64,000 bases of DNA from Anaeromyxobacter sp. (GTDB lineage Bacteria > Myxococcota > Myxococcia > Myxococcales > Anaeromyxobacteraceae), in assembly GCA_049840735.1 (NCBI GenBank), contig JASGJN010000013.1:96001-160000 (forward strand), given 5' to 3'. Each line of letters opens with the position of its first letter. Position 1 is the first letter of the stretch. Below, in pieces: positions 47,926 to 60,687 of this stretch. The translations under genes and the position numbers were made by a program. Below the pieces are notes generated by a model. It saw nothing but the letters and a program-made list of their open reading frames with translations, was not told the origin of the DNA and did not search any database.

Positions 47926-49082
47926 ATCCCCTCCCCGCGCGAGATGATCTCCCGCATGATCTCCGAGGTCCCGCCGGCGATGGTCATGACCCGGACGTCG
48001 CGCCAGGCGCGGGCCACGTCGGTGTCCAGCACGTAGCCCATCCCTCCGTGCAGCTGCATGCAGTCGTAGGCCACCCGCTGCGCCAGCTCGCAGGCGTGCA
48101 GCTTGGCCATGGAGATCTCTCGCACGGCGGGCTGGCCGCGGTTCCACAGGTCCGCGGCCCGGTAGGTGAGCCAGCGGGCCGCCTCCACCGCGGCGAAGTG
48201 ATCGGCCAGCCGGTGGCGCCAGGCCTGCAGCCGGGCCAGCGGCTTGCCGAACGCGGTGCGCTCGCCGGCGTAGCGCACCGCGTCCTCCAGCATGAGCTGC
48301 ATGGCGGCCACCGCCTGCACGGCGGCCACCAGCCGCTCGCCCTGGAAGTTCTCCATCAGGTGGTAGAAGCCGGCGCCCTCCTCGCCCAGCAGCCAGCGCG
48401 CCGGGACGCGGCAGCCGTCGAAGGCCAGGATGGCGGTGTCGGAGGAGGGGTTGCCCACCTTCTCGAGCGTGGAGGTGACCTGGAACCCCTCCACGTCGGT
48501 GGGGAAGAGGAGCAGCGACAGCCCCTCGTGCCCGGGGCCGCCGGTGCGGACCACCAGCGTCAGGAAGTCGGCCCGCGCGCCGTTGGTGATCCACATCTTC
48601 GCGCCGTCCACCACCCACTCGTCCCCCTCGCGGCGGGCGGTGGTGCGCAGCGCGGCCACGTCCGAGCCGGCGTCGGGCTCGGAGACCGCCAGCGCCGCGA
48701 TCCGCTCGCCGCGGATGGCGGGGGCCAGGAACTCGCGCTTCTGCTCGTCGGTGCCCAGCGCCTCGATCACCGGGATGGCGATCTCGCCGTGCACCAGCAT
48801 GGCCATGTTGAGCCCGGCGTTGCGGGAGCGGACCAGCTCCTCGGCGTAGGCCACCACGTACCAGGCGTCGAGCCCGGAGCCGCCCCAGGCCGGGTCGCGC
48901 CGGATGCCGAAGAGCCCCAGCTCGGCGAAGCGGGGGAACAGCTCGCGCGGGAAGGCGGCGGCCTGGTCCCAGGCGCGGGCGTGCGGGGCCAGCTCCTGCT
49001 CGCAGAAGCTCCGGACCAGGCGCCGGAACGCCTGGTGGTCCTCGGTGAAGGGCTCGAAGGCGACGGGCCGGGGCTCGGTCAT
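47922..49082 (-). CDS. Acyl-CoA dehydrogenase
   Basis: SEPDAGSDV, KMWITNG, ERL, QLHGGMGY and GGTSEIM motifs. Confidence 0.93.
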   Translation of the reverse strand: MTEPRPVAFEPFTEDHQAFRRLVRSFCEQELAPHARAWDQAAAFPRELFPRFAELGLFGIRRDPAWGGSGLDAWYVVAYAEELVRSRNAGLNMAMLVHGEIAIPVIEALGTDEQKREFLAPAIRGERIAALAVSEPDAGSDVAALRTTARREGDEWVVDGAKMWITNGARADFLTLVVRTGGPGHEGLSLLLFPTDVEGFQVTSTLEKVGNPSSDTAILAFDGCRVPARWLLGEEGAGFYHLMENFQGERLVAAVQAVAAMQLMLEDAVRYAGERTAFGKPLARLQAWRHRLADHFAAVEAARWLTYRAADLWNRGQPAVREISMAKLHACELAQRVAYDCMQLHGGMGYVLDTDVARAWRDVRVMTIAGGTSEIMREIISRGEGM

Positions 49083-49149
49083 GGCGGGAGGATGCTCACA
49101 GGGGCGGCCGCAGTCCCCGCCCCGGAGCGGCGCGCTGGAGGGCCGACCG

Positions 49150-49722
49150 CTAGCCGCCCAGCAGCTTCTTCTTGAGGTCCTTGAGCTCGCCGTCGGTGGG
49201 GTGCGGGCCGATCCAGTTGCGGAGCAGCCCGTCGGCGAAGCCCTTCCCCTCGACGCGGGCCTCGCCGCCGGGCCCCTTGATGGTGGTGCCGGCGCCGGGC
49301 GCGTAGGTGACCAGCAGCTCCTGCCCCTTCTTCACGTCGCCGATGGCCTGCTTGGCGCCGTCGAGCTGCTTGGCCAGCGCCGCCGCCTGGTCCTTGGAGT
49401 TGGCCTCGAACCCCTCGTGGAAGGCGTTCACGATGGCCTTCTGGTCGACGTCGCGCAGGAAGACCATCCGCACCACCCACGGCGCGTCGGCGGCCACCAG
49501 CGCCGCCGGGTCCTTCGACGGCGCCTCGACGTAGAGGCCGGCCACGTAGACGTCCACGCCCACGAAGAGCACCTTCTTCTTGCGGAGGCCGGCGCCGTTG
49601 AGCGTGAGCGACTTGCCCTCCACGACCGTGCTCTCCGGGAACTCGACCCCGTTCACCTGCTTGGCGAGGGAGGGGGTGGGGAGGGCGGCGAGGAGGCCAG
49701 CGAGGACCAGCGCGGTGCGCAT
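49150..49722 (-). CDS. Secreted chalcone isomerase-fold protein
   Basis: Signal peptide; LTLNGAGLR, VYVAGLY and WIG motifs. Confidence 0.8.
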   Translation of the reverse strand: MRTALVLAGLLAALPTPSLAKQVNGVEFPESTVVEGKSLTLNGAGLRKKKVLFVGVDVYVAGLYVEAPSKDPAALVAADAPWVVRMVFLRDVDQKAIVNAFHEGFEANSKDQAAALAKQLDGAKQAIGDVKKGQELLVTYAPGAGTTIKGPGGEARVEGKGFADGLLRNWIGPHPTDGELKDLKKKLLGG

Positions 49723-49852
49723 GCGTTGACTCCTGGTTCAGGGGAGCAGCGGCCCCCAGGATTACCAGAGCGCGCCCGGCCGTGCAGCGGAGCACCGCAG
49801 CCCCGGAGGGGCGCCCGGCCGCGAACGCTCCGGCCGGGACGCGGCGCGCGGT

Positions 49853-50863
49853 CTACGGCTCCTCGGCGGGCAACCCGGCCGCCAGCCGCGCCTCCGGGGC
49901 GCCGGCCTCGCGGGGGCGGTGGCCCAGCAGGCTGCCGTAGACCACCCCGGCCACGCCCAGCAGCACGCCCACCGCGGTGCTCCGGGAGATTGCTTCACCG
50001 AGCGTGAGCGCCCAGAGGTAGCTGGCGATGGGCGTGAGCTGCTGCCAGAGCGCCGCCTCGGCGATGGAGAGCGCGCCGTAGGCCTCGGTCATGAAGAGCT
50101 GGGCCAGGAAGGCGGTCGCGCCCACCCCCGCCGCCGCCATCCAGGCGGCCGTGGTGGCCGGCCAGGGCCCCAGCCCGAAGGGCGCCGCCACGGTGAAGCC
50201 GCCCACGGCGAAGGCGAAGAAGATGGTGGGCGCGTTGTCGGTGGCGCGCAGCGCGCGGATGGAGGTCACCGCCATGCCGCCGAAGACCGCCGACACCAGC
50301 CCCAGCACCTCGCCCCACCCCAGGCCGAAGCGGACGCTGCCGCCGCCCAGCACCAGCCACACGCCGGCGCTGGCCAGCGCCAGCGCGATGGCCAGGTGGA
50401 GCGTGGGGCGCTCGCCCAGGAAGACGAAGGAGATGAGGACCGCGAAGATGGGGAACAGGTTGTTGAGGAGCGTGGCCTCGCCGGCCGGGATGCGCGCGAT
50501 GGCCAGGTAGTAGAGGAAGGCCGAGAGGCCGCCGAACAGGCCGCGGGTGACGAGCAGCCCCTTGCGCACCGGGCGGAAGGTGCCGGGGCGGGCGCGGAAC
50601 AGCGCCAGGATGAACCCCAGCCCCAGCGCGAAGCGGACCACCGTGACCTGGGCGCCGGCCATGCCGCCCAGCGTGGCCAGCTTGGCCAGGAGCGCCGCCA
50701 GGCCGAACAGCACGCCGGCCGCGAAGAGCAGCAGGCGGGCCCGGGCGCGGGCCGGGTGCGCCTGACCCCTGCCCCCGGCCGCCTCGGGGGCCACCCCCGC
50801 GCCGGAGGCCGGAGGGGCGAGCGGGCGGGCGCCCGGGCGCAGGCGGGACCAGGGGAGCGGCAT
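49853..50863 (-). CDS. DMT/EamA family transporter (start uncertain)
   Basis: About ten TM helices in two repeats; RF, PIF...FLGE motifs. Confidence 0.85.
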   Translation of the reverse strand: MPLPWSRLRPGARPLAPPASGAGVAPEAAGGRGQAHPARARARLLLFAAGVLFGLAALLAKLATLGGMAGAQVTVVRFALGLGFILALFRARPGTFRPVRKGLLVTRGLFGGLSAFLYYLAIARIPAGEATLLNNLFPIFAVLISFVFLGERPTLHLAIALALASAGVWLVLGGGSVRFGLGWGEVLGLVSAVFGGMAVTSIRALRATDNAPTIFFAFAVGGFTVAAPFGLGPWPATTAAWMAAAGVGATAFLAQLFMTEAYGALSIAEAALWQQLTPIASYLWALTLGEAISRSTAVGVLLGVAGVVYGSLLGHRPREAGAPEARLAAGLPAEEP

Positions 50864-50955
50864 CAGGCGGGAAGTACCACCTTCCCGTCCGGGGCGGAAT
50901 GGCGCGGCGCCCGCCGCTGGCCAACGTCGGACCCTGGCGTTAATAAACGCCCCTC

Positions 50956-53847
<2,892 letters not shown>

Positions 53848-54028
53848 CCGGAGATCAGCCCGTGGTGACCCCTCCGCAGGCGCAGGGGAACCACGAGCGG
53901 GGCGGCCCGGGCACCGCCTGAAGCGACGCGGGCGGCGCCCTCTCGCGAGGGGCCGCCCGTTCCGTTCGGGCTGAGCATGGGGCCTGCGCGAGCAGGCCCG
54001 GAGTCGAAGCCCGGGACTCGAGCCCGGA

Positions 54029-54268
54029 CTAGCTCTCCTTCTTGCCCTCGTCCTTCTTCTCCTCCGGCTGCCCGTGCTTGTGGCCGCCGCAGGTGCACTT
54101 GTCGCCGCACTTGCACTCCTTCGAAGGCTCCTTGCCGCAGTTGCAGACGGCGTCCTTCTTGTCCACCTGGGCGTGCATCGGGCAGTTCTTGCAGCCCTCG
54201 CAGGCGGAGGCGGGGGCGGCGGAGACGAGCAGGGCGAAGGCGGCGACGGCGGCCAGCAGGGTCTTCAT
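54029..54268 (-). CDS. Small exported Cys/His-rich (metallothionein-like) protein, 79 aa
   Basis: AGGAG RBS; signal peptide MKTLL...PASA, then CEGCKNCPMH, CNC, CKC, CTC and HKH. Confidence 0.7.
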   Translation of the reverse strand: MKTLLAAVAAFALLVSAAPASACEGCKNCPMHAQVDKKDAVCNCGKEPSKECKCGDKCTCGGHKHGQPEEKKDEGKKES

Positions 54269-54439
54269 CTTTCGGCTCCTCGAAGATGGAGCGGGCCGCG
54301 GACGGCCCGGTGGATGGAGCACCGTAGGAGCCCCGTTCCAGGCTGTCAAGCTGGCCCCCCGCAACTGGGTAGCATCCGCGACCACCCGCGGCACTTCTCG
54401 CTGTTCAGCGCGAACGATCGCCCGCTAGATTGCGGATAC

Positions 54440-55636
54440 ATGCCTGCTGCCTTCGATCCGGACCGGCTGCTCCAGCTGCTGCGCGACCCGCACGTGGAGA
54501 GCCAGTCCATCGCCACCGAGTTCGGCGTCCCGCGCGAGGAGGCCGGGCGCGCCTCGCGGCTCGTCATGGGCCTCGCCAGGGCCAAGCCGGAGGACCTCCT
54601 CACGCTGCCGGGGCCGCTGGCGGCGGCGCTGGCCCGCGCCGCGCAGAACGCCTCCCGCGCCGACCTGCTGGTGGCGCTGGGCGGCCACGCCTCCAAGGAC
54701 GTGGCCAAGGAGGCCAAGCGCGCCCTGCACGTGCTGAAGACCCGCGGCGTGGCCATCCCGGAGTCGCCCCGGGCTGCCCCGCCGCCCCCGCCGCCGCCGG
54801 CGGCGGACCCGGCGCTGGCGGCCTACGCCTCGGTGGTGGACGGCACCGGCGAGCGCGCGGTGTGGCTGCCGCGCGGCGTGCCCGGGCGCGGCGTGGAGAT
54901 CGCGCAGACAGTGCTCGCCGACGAGCGCGGGCTGGTGACGCTGCAGCTCGGGTTCCTGGGGCGCAAGGACTGGCGCGCCTTCGCGAAGGAGATCGTCGAG
55001 CGCGGCGCGGCCATGGGGGTGTGCGAGGTCCCGCGCGAGCTGGCCCACGCCTGGATCGCCGCCGCGCGCCGGCAGAACGAGGAGACCGGGCAGCGCGTGC
55101 CGGACGGCGCCGACCTGTGGCTGGCGCAGCTGGGGCCGGCGCCGGCGGTCCCGGATCCGGCGGCGGCGTTCCCGGCGCTGTCGCCCGAGGAGGCGGGCGA
55201 GGCGCTGGCCCGCTCCGGCACGCTGCACGACCTGGCCATGCTGGCGGGCTGGCTCGCCGACCCGGGCTACCTGCGCGAGGTGGCCGCGAAGCTGGACGAG
55301 GTGGCGGTCTCGCCGCTCTACCTGGACGAGCAGCAGCGCGCCGATCAGATGGCGCGGGTGGTGGGCGACGCCGCCGACGCCTACCTCACGCCGGCCCGCC
55401 GGGCGGCGCTCTCGCGCCGGCTCTTCGGCGTGGCCGAGCACCTCCGGCTCCGCGGCGACGCGGCCCACGCCGGCGTGGCGGCGGCCACCGCCCGCGCGCT
55501 GGGCGAGGGGGCCCCGGCGCGCGACCTGCCCTTCGCGCGGCTGCTGGTGGAGCGGGCCTTCCCGCGCCAGCCCTCGGTGCCGCCGCGCCCCGCCGCGGGC
55601 ACCTCCCAGGCCAGCCCCCTCATCCTGCCGCGGTGA
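54440..55636 (+). CDS. Hypothetical protein (helical, Pro-rich linker)
   Basis: Strong GC3 codon bias, fills the gap, TAGATT 8 nt before ATG; no motif recognised. Confidence 0.7.
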   Translation: MPAAFDPDRLLQLLRDPHVESQSIATEFGVPREEAGRASRLVMGLARAKPEDLLTLPGPLAAALARAAQNASRADLLVALGGHASKDVAKEAKRALHVLKTRGVAIPESPRAAPPPPPPPAADPALAAYASVVDGTGERAVWLPRGVPGRGVEIAQTVLADERGLVTLQLGFLGRKDWRAFAKEIVERGAAMGVCEVPRELAHAWIAAARRQNEETGQRVPDGADLWLAQLGPAPAVPDPAAAFPALSPEEAGEALARSGTLHDLAMLAGWLADPGYLREVAAKLDEVAVSPLYLDEQQRADQMARVVGDAADAYLTPARRAALSRRLFGVAEHLRLRGDAAHAGVAAATARALGEGAPARDLPFARLLVERAFPRQPSVPPRPAAGTSQASPLILPR

Positions 55637-55718
55637 GGGCAGGCCGGGGCCTGGCCGGCCCGGCCCCCCATGGCCGCTCCACATTGACCCCGGACAGCCC
55701 CTGCGCTACCTCTCCGCC

Positions 55719-56141
55719 GTGCCGCCGCCCAAGGGTCCCTCCCCCACCGTCGACGTGATCATCCAGCTGCCCGGCGACCGCGTGGTGCTGGTCCGCCGCA
55801 AGTACCCGCCGCCCGGCTGGGCCCTGCCGGGCGGGTTCGTGGACGTGGGCGAGACGCTGGAGGCCGCCGCGGTGCGCGAGGCGCGCGAGGAGACCGGGCT
55901 GGAGGTGGAGCTGACCGACCTCCTCTACGTCTACTCCGACCCGCGCCGCGACCCTCGCCAGCACACCGTCTCGACGGTGTTCCTGGGGCGGGCCGCCGGC
56001 GAGCCGGCCGGGGCCGACGACGCCGCCGAGGCCACCGCCTTCGCCTGGAGCGCGCTCCCCTCCCCCATCGCCTTCGACCACGGCGACATCCTGGCCGACG
56101 CCCGCCGCTTCCTGCTGACCGGCGCGCGGCGGCGCCCGTGA
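55719..56141 (+). CDS. NUDIX hydrolase
   Basis: [23 protein letters not shown]udix box; RDPRQH. Confidence 0.92.
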   Translation: MPPPKGPSPTVDVIIQLPGDRVVLVRRKYPPPGWALPGGFVDVGETLEAAAVREAREETGLEVELTDLLYVYSDPRRDPRQHTVSTVFLGRAAGEPAGADDAAEATAFAWSALPSPIAFDHGDILADARRFLLTGARRRP

Positions 56142-56719
56142 GGCCGGACCTGCCGGCGCCCGCCATGCCCCTCTCCCCCACCGACCGCGCCGCCCTGCTC
56201 GGCCTCGCCCGCGAGGCCATCCGCGCCCACCTGGCCGGCGCCCCGGCCCCGGCGCTGCCGGGCGATGGGCCGCTGGCTGCGCCCTCGGGCGCCTTCGTCA
56301 CGCTGCGCCAGGCCAGCGAGGTGCGCGGGGCCATGGGCACCTTCACGCCGGAGGGCTCGCTGGCGGCCACCGTGACCGCGCAGGCGGTGCGGGCGGCCGC
56401 GGACGATCCGCGCTTCCCGCCGCTCGCGGCGGAGGAGCTGCCCGGGCTGCGCATCGAGGTGGCGGTGGTCGGCCCGCCGCGCGCGCTGGCCGACCGCCGC
56501 GCCGTGCGCGTCGAGGTCGAGGGGCTGCGCGTCACCAGCGGCTGGCACCGCGGGCTGCTCCTGCCCGCCGCCGCCCGCGCCGGCGGCTGGGACGCGGCCG
56601 CCTACCTCAAGCATGTCTGCCTGCAGGCCGGCCTGCACGCCCGCGCCTGGCAGGAGCCGGCCACGGTGATCGAGGCGTTCGAGGCCGAGGAGTTCGGGGA
56701 GGAGCCCACGACGTGCTGA
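56138..56719 (+). CDS. AMMECR1-family (AmmeMemoRadiSam protein A-like) protein
   Basis: [21 protein letters not shown] and F.AEEF motifs. Confidence 0.8.
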   Translation: MRPDLPAPAMPLSPTDRAALLGLAREAIRAHLAGAPAPALPGDGPLAAPSGAFVTLRQASEVRGAMGTFTPEGSLAATVTAQAVRAAADDPRFPPLAAEELPGLRIEVAVVGPPRALADRRAVRVEVEGLRVTSGWHRGLLLPAAARAGGWDAAAYLKHVCLQAGLHARAWQEPATVIEAFEAEEFGEEPTTC

Positions 56720-57771
56720 TCAACGTGCTGTCCATCCTGGCCGCGGTCCTGGGAGTCTCGGCCCTCATCGTCCTCCACGAGGCCGGCCACTTCCTGGTGG
56801 CCCGGGCCTGCGGCATGCGGGTGGAGCGGTTCAGCGTCGGCTTCGGCAAGGTGCTGTTCCGGTTCCAGCGTGGCGAGACCGAGTTCGCCATCTCGGCGCT
56901 GCCGCTGGGCGGCTACGTGAGCATCAGCGGCATGGGCGTGGGCGAGGAGATCTCGCCGGACGACCGCACCGCCTACTGCAACCAGGCGCCCTGGCGCCGC
57001 TTCGCGGTGATCCTGGCCGGGCCCTTCGCGAACTACGCGCTGGCCGTCGTCATGGCCGCGGTGCTGCTGCTGGGGGTGGGGCTCTCCGCGGCGGACCCGA
57101 CGGCGCGGGTGGGCGAGGTCACGCCCGGCATGCCCGCCGAGCAGGCCGGGCTCCAGCGTGGCGATCGCATCACCTCCGCCGCAGGCGTGAAGGTGGCGAC
57201 CTTCGCCGAGCTGGTGACCGAGCTCCAGCGGCATCCCGGCCAGACCATCACACTGGAGGTGGTCCGTGGCGACGGCCCCGACGCGCAGGGGCTGGCGGTG
57301 CCCATCACGCCCAGGGACCAGGGCGGCAAGGGGCGCGTCGGCTTCGGCCAGGCCACCCTCCTCACCCACGCCGATGGTCCGGCCGACGCGGTGGCCCAGT
57401 CGTTCGACCGCACGCACACGGTGCTCGCGGCGCAGGTGGGCGCCTTCAGCCAGCTCTTCTCCAACGCGGCCAACGTCGAGGGGCCGGTGGGGATCGGCAA
57501 GCGGCTCTTCCACGCCGCCAAGGAAGGGGCCGGCCCGTTCTTCACGCTCCTCTGGCTCATCTCGGCGGTGCTGGCGCTCTTCAACCTGTTCCCCATTCCC
57601 GGCCTGGACGGCGCGCGGCTGGCCTTCCTCGGCTACGAGCTCATCACCCGCCGCAAGGTGAACGCCCGGGTGGAGACGGTGATCCACACCGTGGGCGTGC
57701 TGGCGCTGCTGGGGCTCTTGGCGCTGGTGTCGCTCAAGGACATCGCGAACCTGCTGCATGTCGGGAGGTAG
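56713..57771 (+). CDS. rseP: RseP-like M50 intramembrane metalloprotease with PDZ domain
   Basis: HEAGH, FSVGFG, PLGGYV, AGPFAN and FNLFPIPGLDG motifs. Confidence 0.88.
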   Translation: MLINVLSILAAVLGVSALIVLHEAGHFLVARACGMRVERFSVGFGKVLFRFQRGETEFAISALPLGGYVSISGMGVGEEISPDDRTAYCNQAPWRRFAVILAGPFANYALAVVMAAVLLLGVGLSAADPTARVGEVTPGMPAEQAGLQRGDRITSAAGVKVATFAELVTELQRHPGQTITLEVVRGDGPDAQGLAVPITPRDQGGKGRVGFGQATLLTHADGPADAVAQSFDRTHTVLAAQVGAFSQLFSNAANVEGPVGIGKRLFHAAKEGAGPFFTLLWLISAVLALFNLFPIPGLDGARLAFLGYELITRRKVNARVETVIHTVGVLALLGLLALVSLKDIANLLHVGR

Positions 57772-58058
57772 GGCCGCCCCTGGGCGTCCGCCTGCGGGGC
57801 GCCGGCGAGGGCGTCCCCGACGGCCGAGGGTGCAGGCGGACCTGCGCCCGCCTGGCCTCCCCGCGAACGGCGCCGGGTGGGCATGTGACAGCCCCAGCGT
57901 TCCGCATCTCCACGGCCACCCCGGTGACCCGCTGGGCGTACCCTGGAGTCGGGTAACCACCCGTGTTCCGGCCGCTTCACCACGCCCCGGTGACCCGGTC
58001 CCCTGGGACGCGAGGCCCGGCAGTTGGTGGTATCCTCCCCGCCTCGAAGGAGCCCCTG

Positions 58059-58415
58059 GTGAAGGTGCTGATCGCCGACGACGACCGCCTGGTTCGGGCC
58101 ATGCTGGGAGACCTCCTGGCCGAGCTCGGGCACCAGGCCGTGCCGGCCGAGAACGGGGCCGAGGCGGTGGCGCTCTGCGCCCGCGAGACCTTCGACGTGC
58201 TGGTGCTCGACCTGCTCATGCCGCGGCTCTCCGGCCTGGATGCGCTCCGCCAGCTGCGGGAGGCCGGGGTGCGGGCGCCCGCCATCCTGCTCACCGCCAT
58301 CAGCGACCGGAGCTTCCGCGAGCTGGAGGGCGCCGACATCGTCCAGGTCCGGCTGGAGAAGCCGGTGACCCGGCGGGCGCTGGAGAAGGCCCTGGCGCGG
58401 GTGACGGCGCCATGA
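58059..58415 (+). CDS. Single-domain response regulator
   Basis: AAGGAG RBS; VLIADDD, LDLLMP and EKP. Confidence 0.88.
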   Translation: MKVLIADDDRLVRAMLGDLLAELGHQAVPAENGAEAVALCARETFDVLVLDLLMPRLSGLDALRQLREAGVRAPAILLTAISDRSFRELEGADIVQVRLEKPVTRRALEKALARVTAP

Positions 58416-59392
58416 GGCTCTCGCGCGCGCTGGTCCTGGTGGTGGTCGCGGCCGGCGCGGTGCCGGTGGCGCTGCTCGGGCCGCTGCTGGTGCGGGCCCG
58501 CGGCGGCCTCGACGCGCCGGTGATCCTCGCGCTGGTGCTCTCGCTCTCGGCGGCCGCGGCCTGCGGCGCGCTGGTGGCGCGCAGCGTGACCCGGCCCATC
58601 GCCGAGTGCGTGCGCGGGGCGCTGGAGATCGCCCGCGGGCGGTTCGGGCGCGAGGTGCACGTCCACGCGCGCAACGAGATCGGCGACCTGGCCTACACCT
58701 TCAACCACATGTCCCGCGAGCTGGCGAGCTACGACGCCGAGAACCAGCGGCTCATCGCGGCCATGGAGCGGGGCTACCTCGAGACCATCCGCAGCCTGGC
58801 CTCCGCCATCGACGCCAAGGACCCGTACACGCGCGGCCACTCGCAGCGGGTGGCGGCGCTGGCGGTCGAGATCGGCAGGGAGCTGGGGCTCGGGCCGGAG
58901 GAGCTGCAGGCGCTGGAGTACGGCGGCGTGCTGCACGACATCGGCAAGATCGGCCAGCCGGACGCCATCCTGGGCAAGGCCTCGACGCTGACCGACGCCG
59001 AGCGGCTGCACATGCGCGACCACCCGCGCGTCGGCGCCGAGATCGTGGAGGGCGTCTCCTTCCTGGCGCGCGCGGCCCCGGCCATCCGCAACCACCACGA
59101 GCGCTGGGACGGCAAGGGCTACCCGGACGGCCTGGCCGGTGAGGCCATCCCGCTGGTGGCCCGCATCGTCAACGCCGCCGACACCTGGGACGCCTGCACC
59201 TCCACGCGCCCCTACCAGAAGGCCTTCGCGCTGGAGGAGGTGGTGCAGATCATGGCCAACCTCCGCGGCACCCAGCTCGACCCCACCGTGCATGACGCGC
59301 TCCTGGCGCTGGTGCGCAAGCGCGACGGCAAGCCGACCGCGGCCCGCCGCGATGAGCGCTCCGGGGCGGGGCCCGCCGCGGCGGCGGTCTAG
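58412..59392 (+). CDS. Membrane HAMP + HD-GYP phosphodiesterase
   Basis: Two TM helices, HAMP (NEIGDLAYTFNHM), KDPYTRGHS, LHDIGK and HHERWDGKGYP. Confidence 0.92.
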   Translation: MRLSRALVLVVVAAGAVPVALLGPLLVRARGGLDAPVILALVLSLSAAAACGALVARSVTRPIAECVRGALEIARGRFGREVHVHARNEIGDLAYTFNHMSRELASYDAENQRLIAAMERGYLETIRSLASAIDAKDPYTRGHSQRVAALAVEIGRELGLGPEELQALEYGGVLHDIGKIGQPDAILGKASTLTDAERLHMRDHPRVGAEIVEGVSFLARAAPAIRNHHERWDGKGYPDGLAGEAIPLVARIVNAADTWDACTSTRPYQKAFALEEVVQIMANLRGTQLDPTVHDALLALVRKRDGKPTAARRDERSGAGPAAAAV

Positions 59393-59469
59393 GCCGACCG
59401 GCCCCCGCGGCGCGGCACGCCCGTCCATTTCGCGCGCGCCCGGCCGTCCGGCATTACACTGCCGCTCCC

Positions 59470-60102
59470 ATGCCCACCCGCCTCGCCCTGCTCGATCTCG
59501 ACGGCACCCTGGTCGACTCGGTCGACGACCTGGCCGCCTCCGTCAACCACGCCCTGGCCACGCTCGGCCTCCCCGCCCGCTCCACCGCCGAGGTGCGCGG
59601 GTTCATCGGCGACGGGGCGCGGGTGCTGCTGGAGCGCGCCGTGGCCCCGCGCGGCGAGCTGGTCGAGCCGGCCCTGGCCGCCTGGCGCGCGCACTACCAG
59701 GGGCACCTGCTCGATCGCACGCGCGCCTACGCCGGGATCCCCGAGGTGCTGGCCGGCGCCGGCCGCCCGCTGGCGGTGCTCACCAACAAGCCCGGCGACA
59801 TGGCCCGGCGCATCCTCGAGGGACTGGGGCTCCTGCCCCGCTTCGCGGCGGTGGTGGGCGGCGACGAGGGGCCGCGCAAGCCGGATCCGGCCGGCGCGCT
59901 CGGGCTCATCGCGCGGCTGGGCGGGCGCCCGGAGGACGCGGTGCTGATCGGCGACAGCGCCGTGGACGCCGCCACCGCCCGCGCCGCCGGCCTCCGCTTC
60001 GTGGCCGTGACCTGGGGGCTCACCTCGCGCGAGGCGCTGGTCCGCGCCGGCGCCACCACCTTCGCCGCGCGGCCCGGGGAGCTGGCGCCATGGCTCGCGT
60101 GA
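59470..60102 (+). CDS. gph: HAD-IA phosphoglycolate phosphatase-like hydrolase
   Basis: DLDGTLVDS, LTNK, KPDP and IGDS..D motifs. Confidence 0.8.
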   Translation: MPTRLALLDLDGTLVDSVDDLAASVNHALATLGLPARSTAEVRGFIGDGARVLLERAVAPRGELVEPALAAWRAHYQGHLLDRTRAYAGIPEVLAGAGRPLAVLTNKPGDMARRILEGLGLLPRFAAVVGGDEGPRKPDPAGALGLIARLGGRPEDAVLIGDSAVDAATARAAGLRFVAVTWGLTSREALVRAGATTFAARPGELAPWLA

Positions 60103-60192
60103 AGGGCGGGGGTGCCTCCCGCGGGGCCCGCAGGCCCGCCGGGGGGAAGGCGAAAACTCGCCCGGGCGGATTCGGGCGTGGTACCGGGGGGC

Positions 60193-60534
60193 ATGTTCCG
60201 GGTGGCGCTCAAGCTGGCCCTGGCTGCAGCGGTGCTGGCCGCGGTGTGGGCCTTCGTCCCCATCGGCGGGCGCACGCTCTCCGACCGCTGGAAGCGCGCC
60301 CGCACCCCGGTGGACTTCGTGGAGCGCGGCTGGGCCGAGCTGCGCGGCCCGTCCGCCCCGCCCGCGGCCGACGAGCAGGCGCCGCCCCGCCGCCCGCCGG
60401 CCGGGAAGCCGGCGCAGCGCCAGGCCGCCGCCCCGCCGCCCGCGCGCAAGCCGCCGGTCGAGACCCACTCCGAGGCCGACCGCAAGGCGCTCGACCGCCT
60501 GCTGTCGCAGGAGCTCCAGCAGCACGACCGCTGA
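60193..60534 (+). CDS. Hypothetical membrane-anchored protein
   Basis: N-terminal TM, FVPIGGRTL, C-terminal ETHSEADRKALDRLL. Confidence 0.65.
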   Translation: MFRVALKLALAAAVLAAVWAFVPIGGRTLSDRWKRARTPVDFVERGWAELRGPSAPPAADEQAPPRRPPAGKPAQRQAAAPPPARKPPVETHSEADRKALDRLLSQELQQHDR

Positions 60535-60687
60535 GGCGGCACCCCGCTGCCTTCGCCCTCGCCGCACCGGGTGCGTCCGGGCCGTTGCGCGCGATCGCAC
60601 GCCCTCCCCACCTTGCACGAGGGGGGTAGGCACGGCGCCGGGGCCATGGAGCCCCGCGGCGAGGCCCGCGGTCCCGGGGGGAACATC

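Noticed and set aside
50864..50955. LexA/SOS box upstream of uvrA
   Set aside because: No recognisable LexA consensus in this gap.
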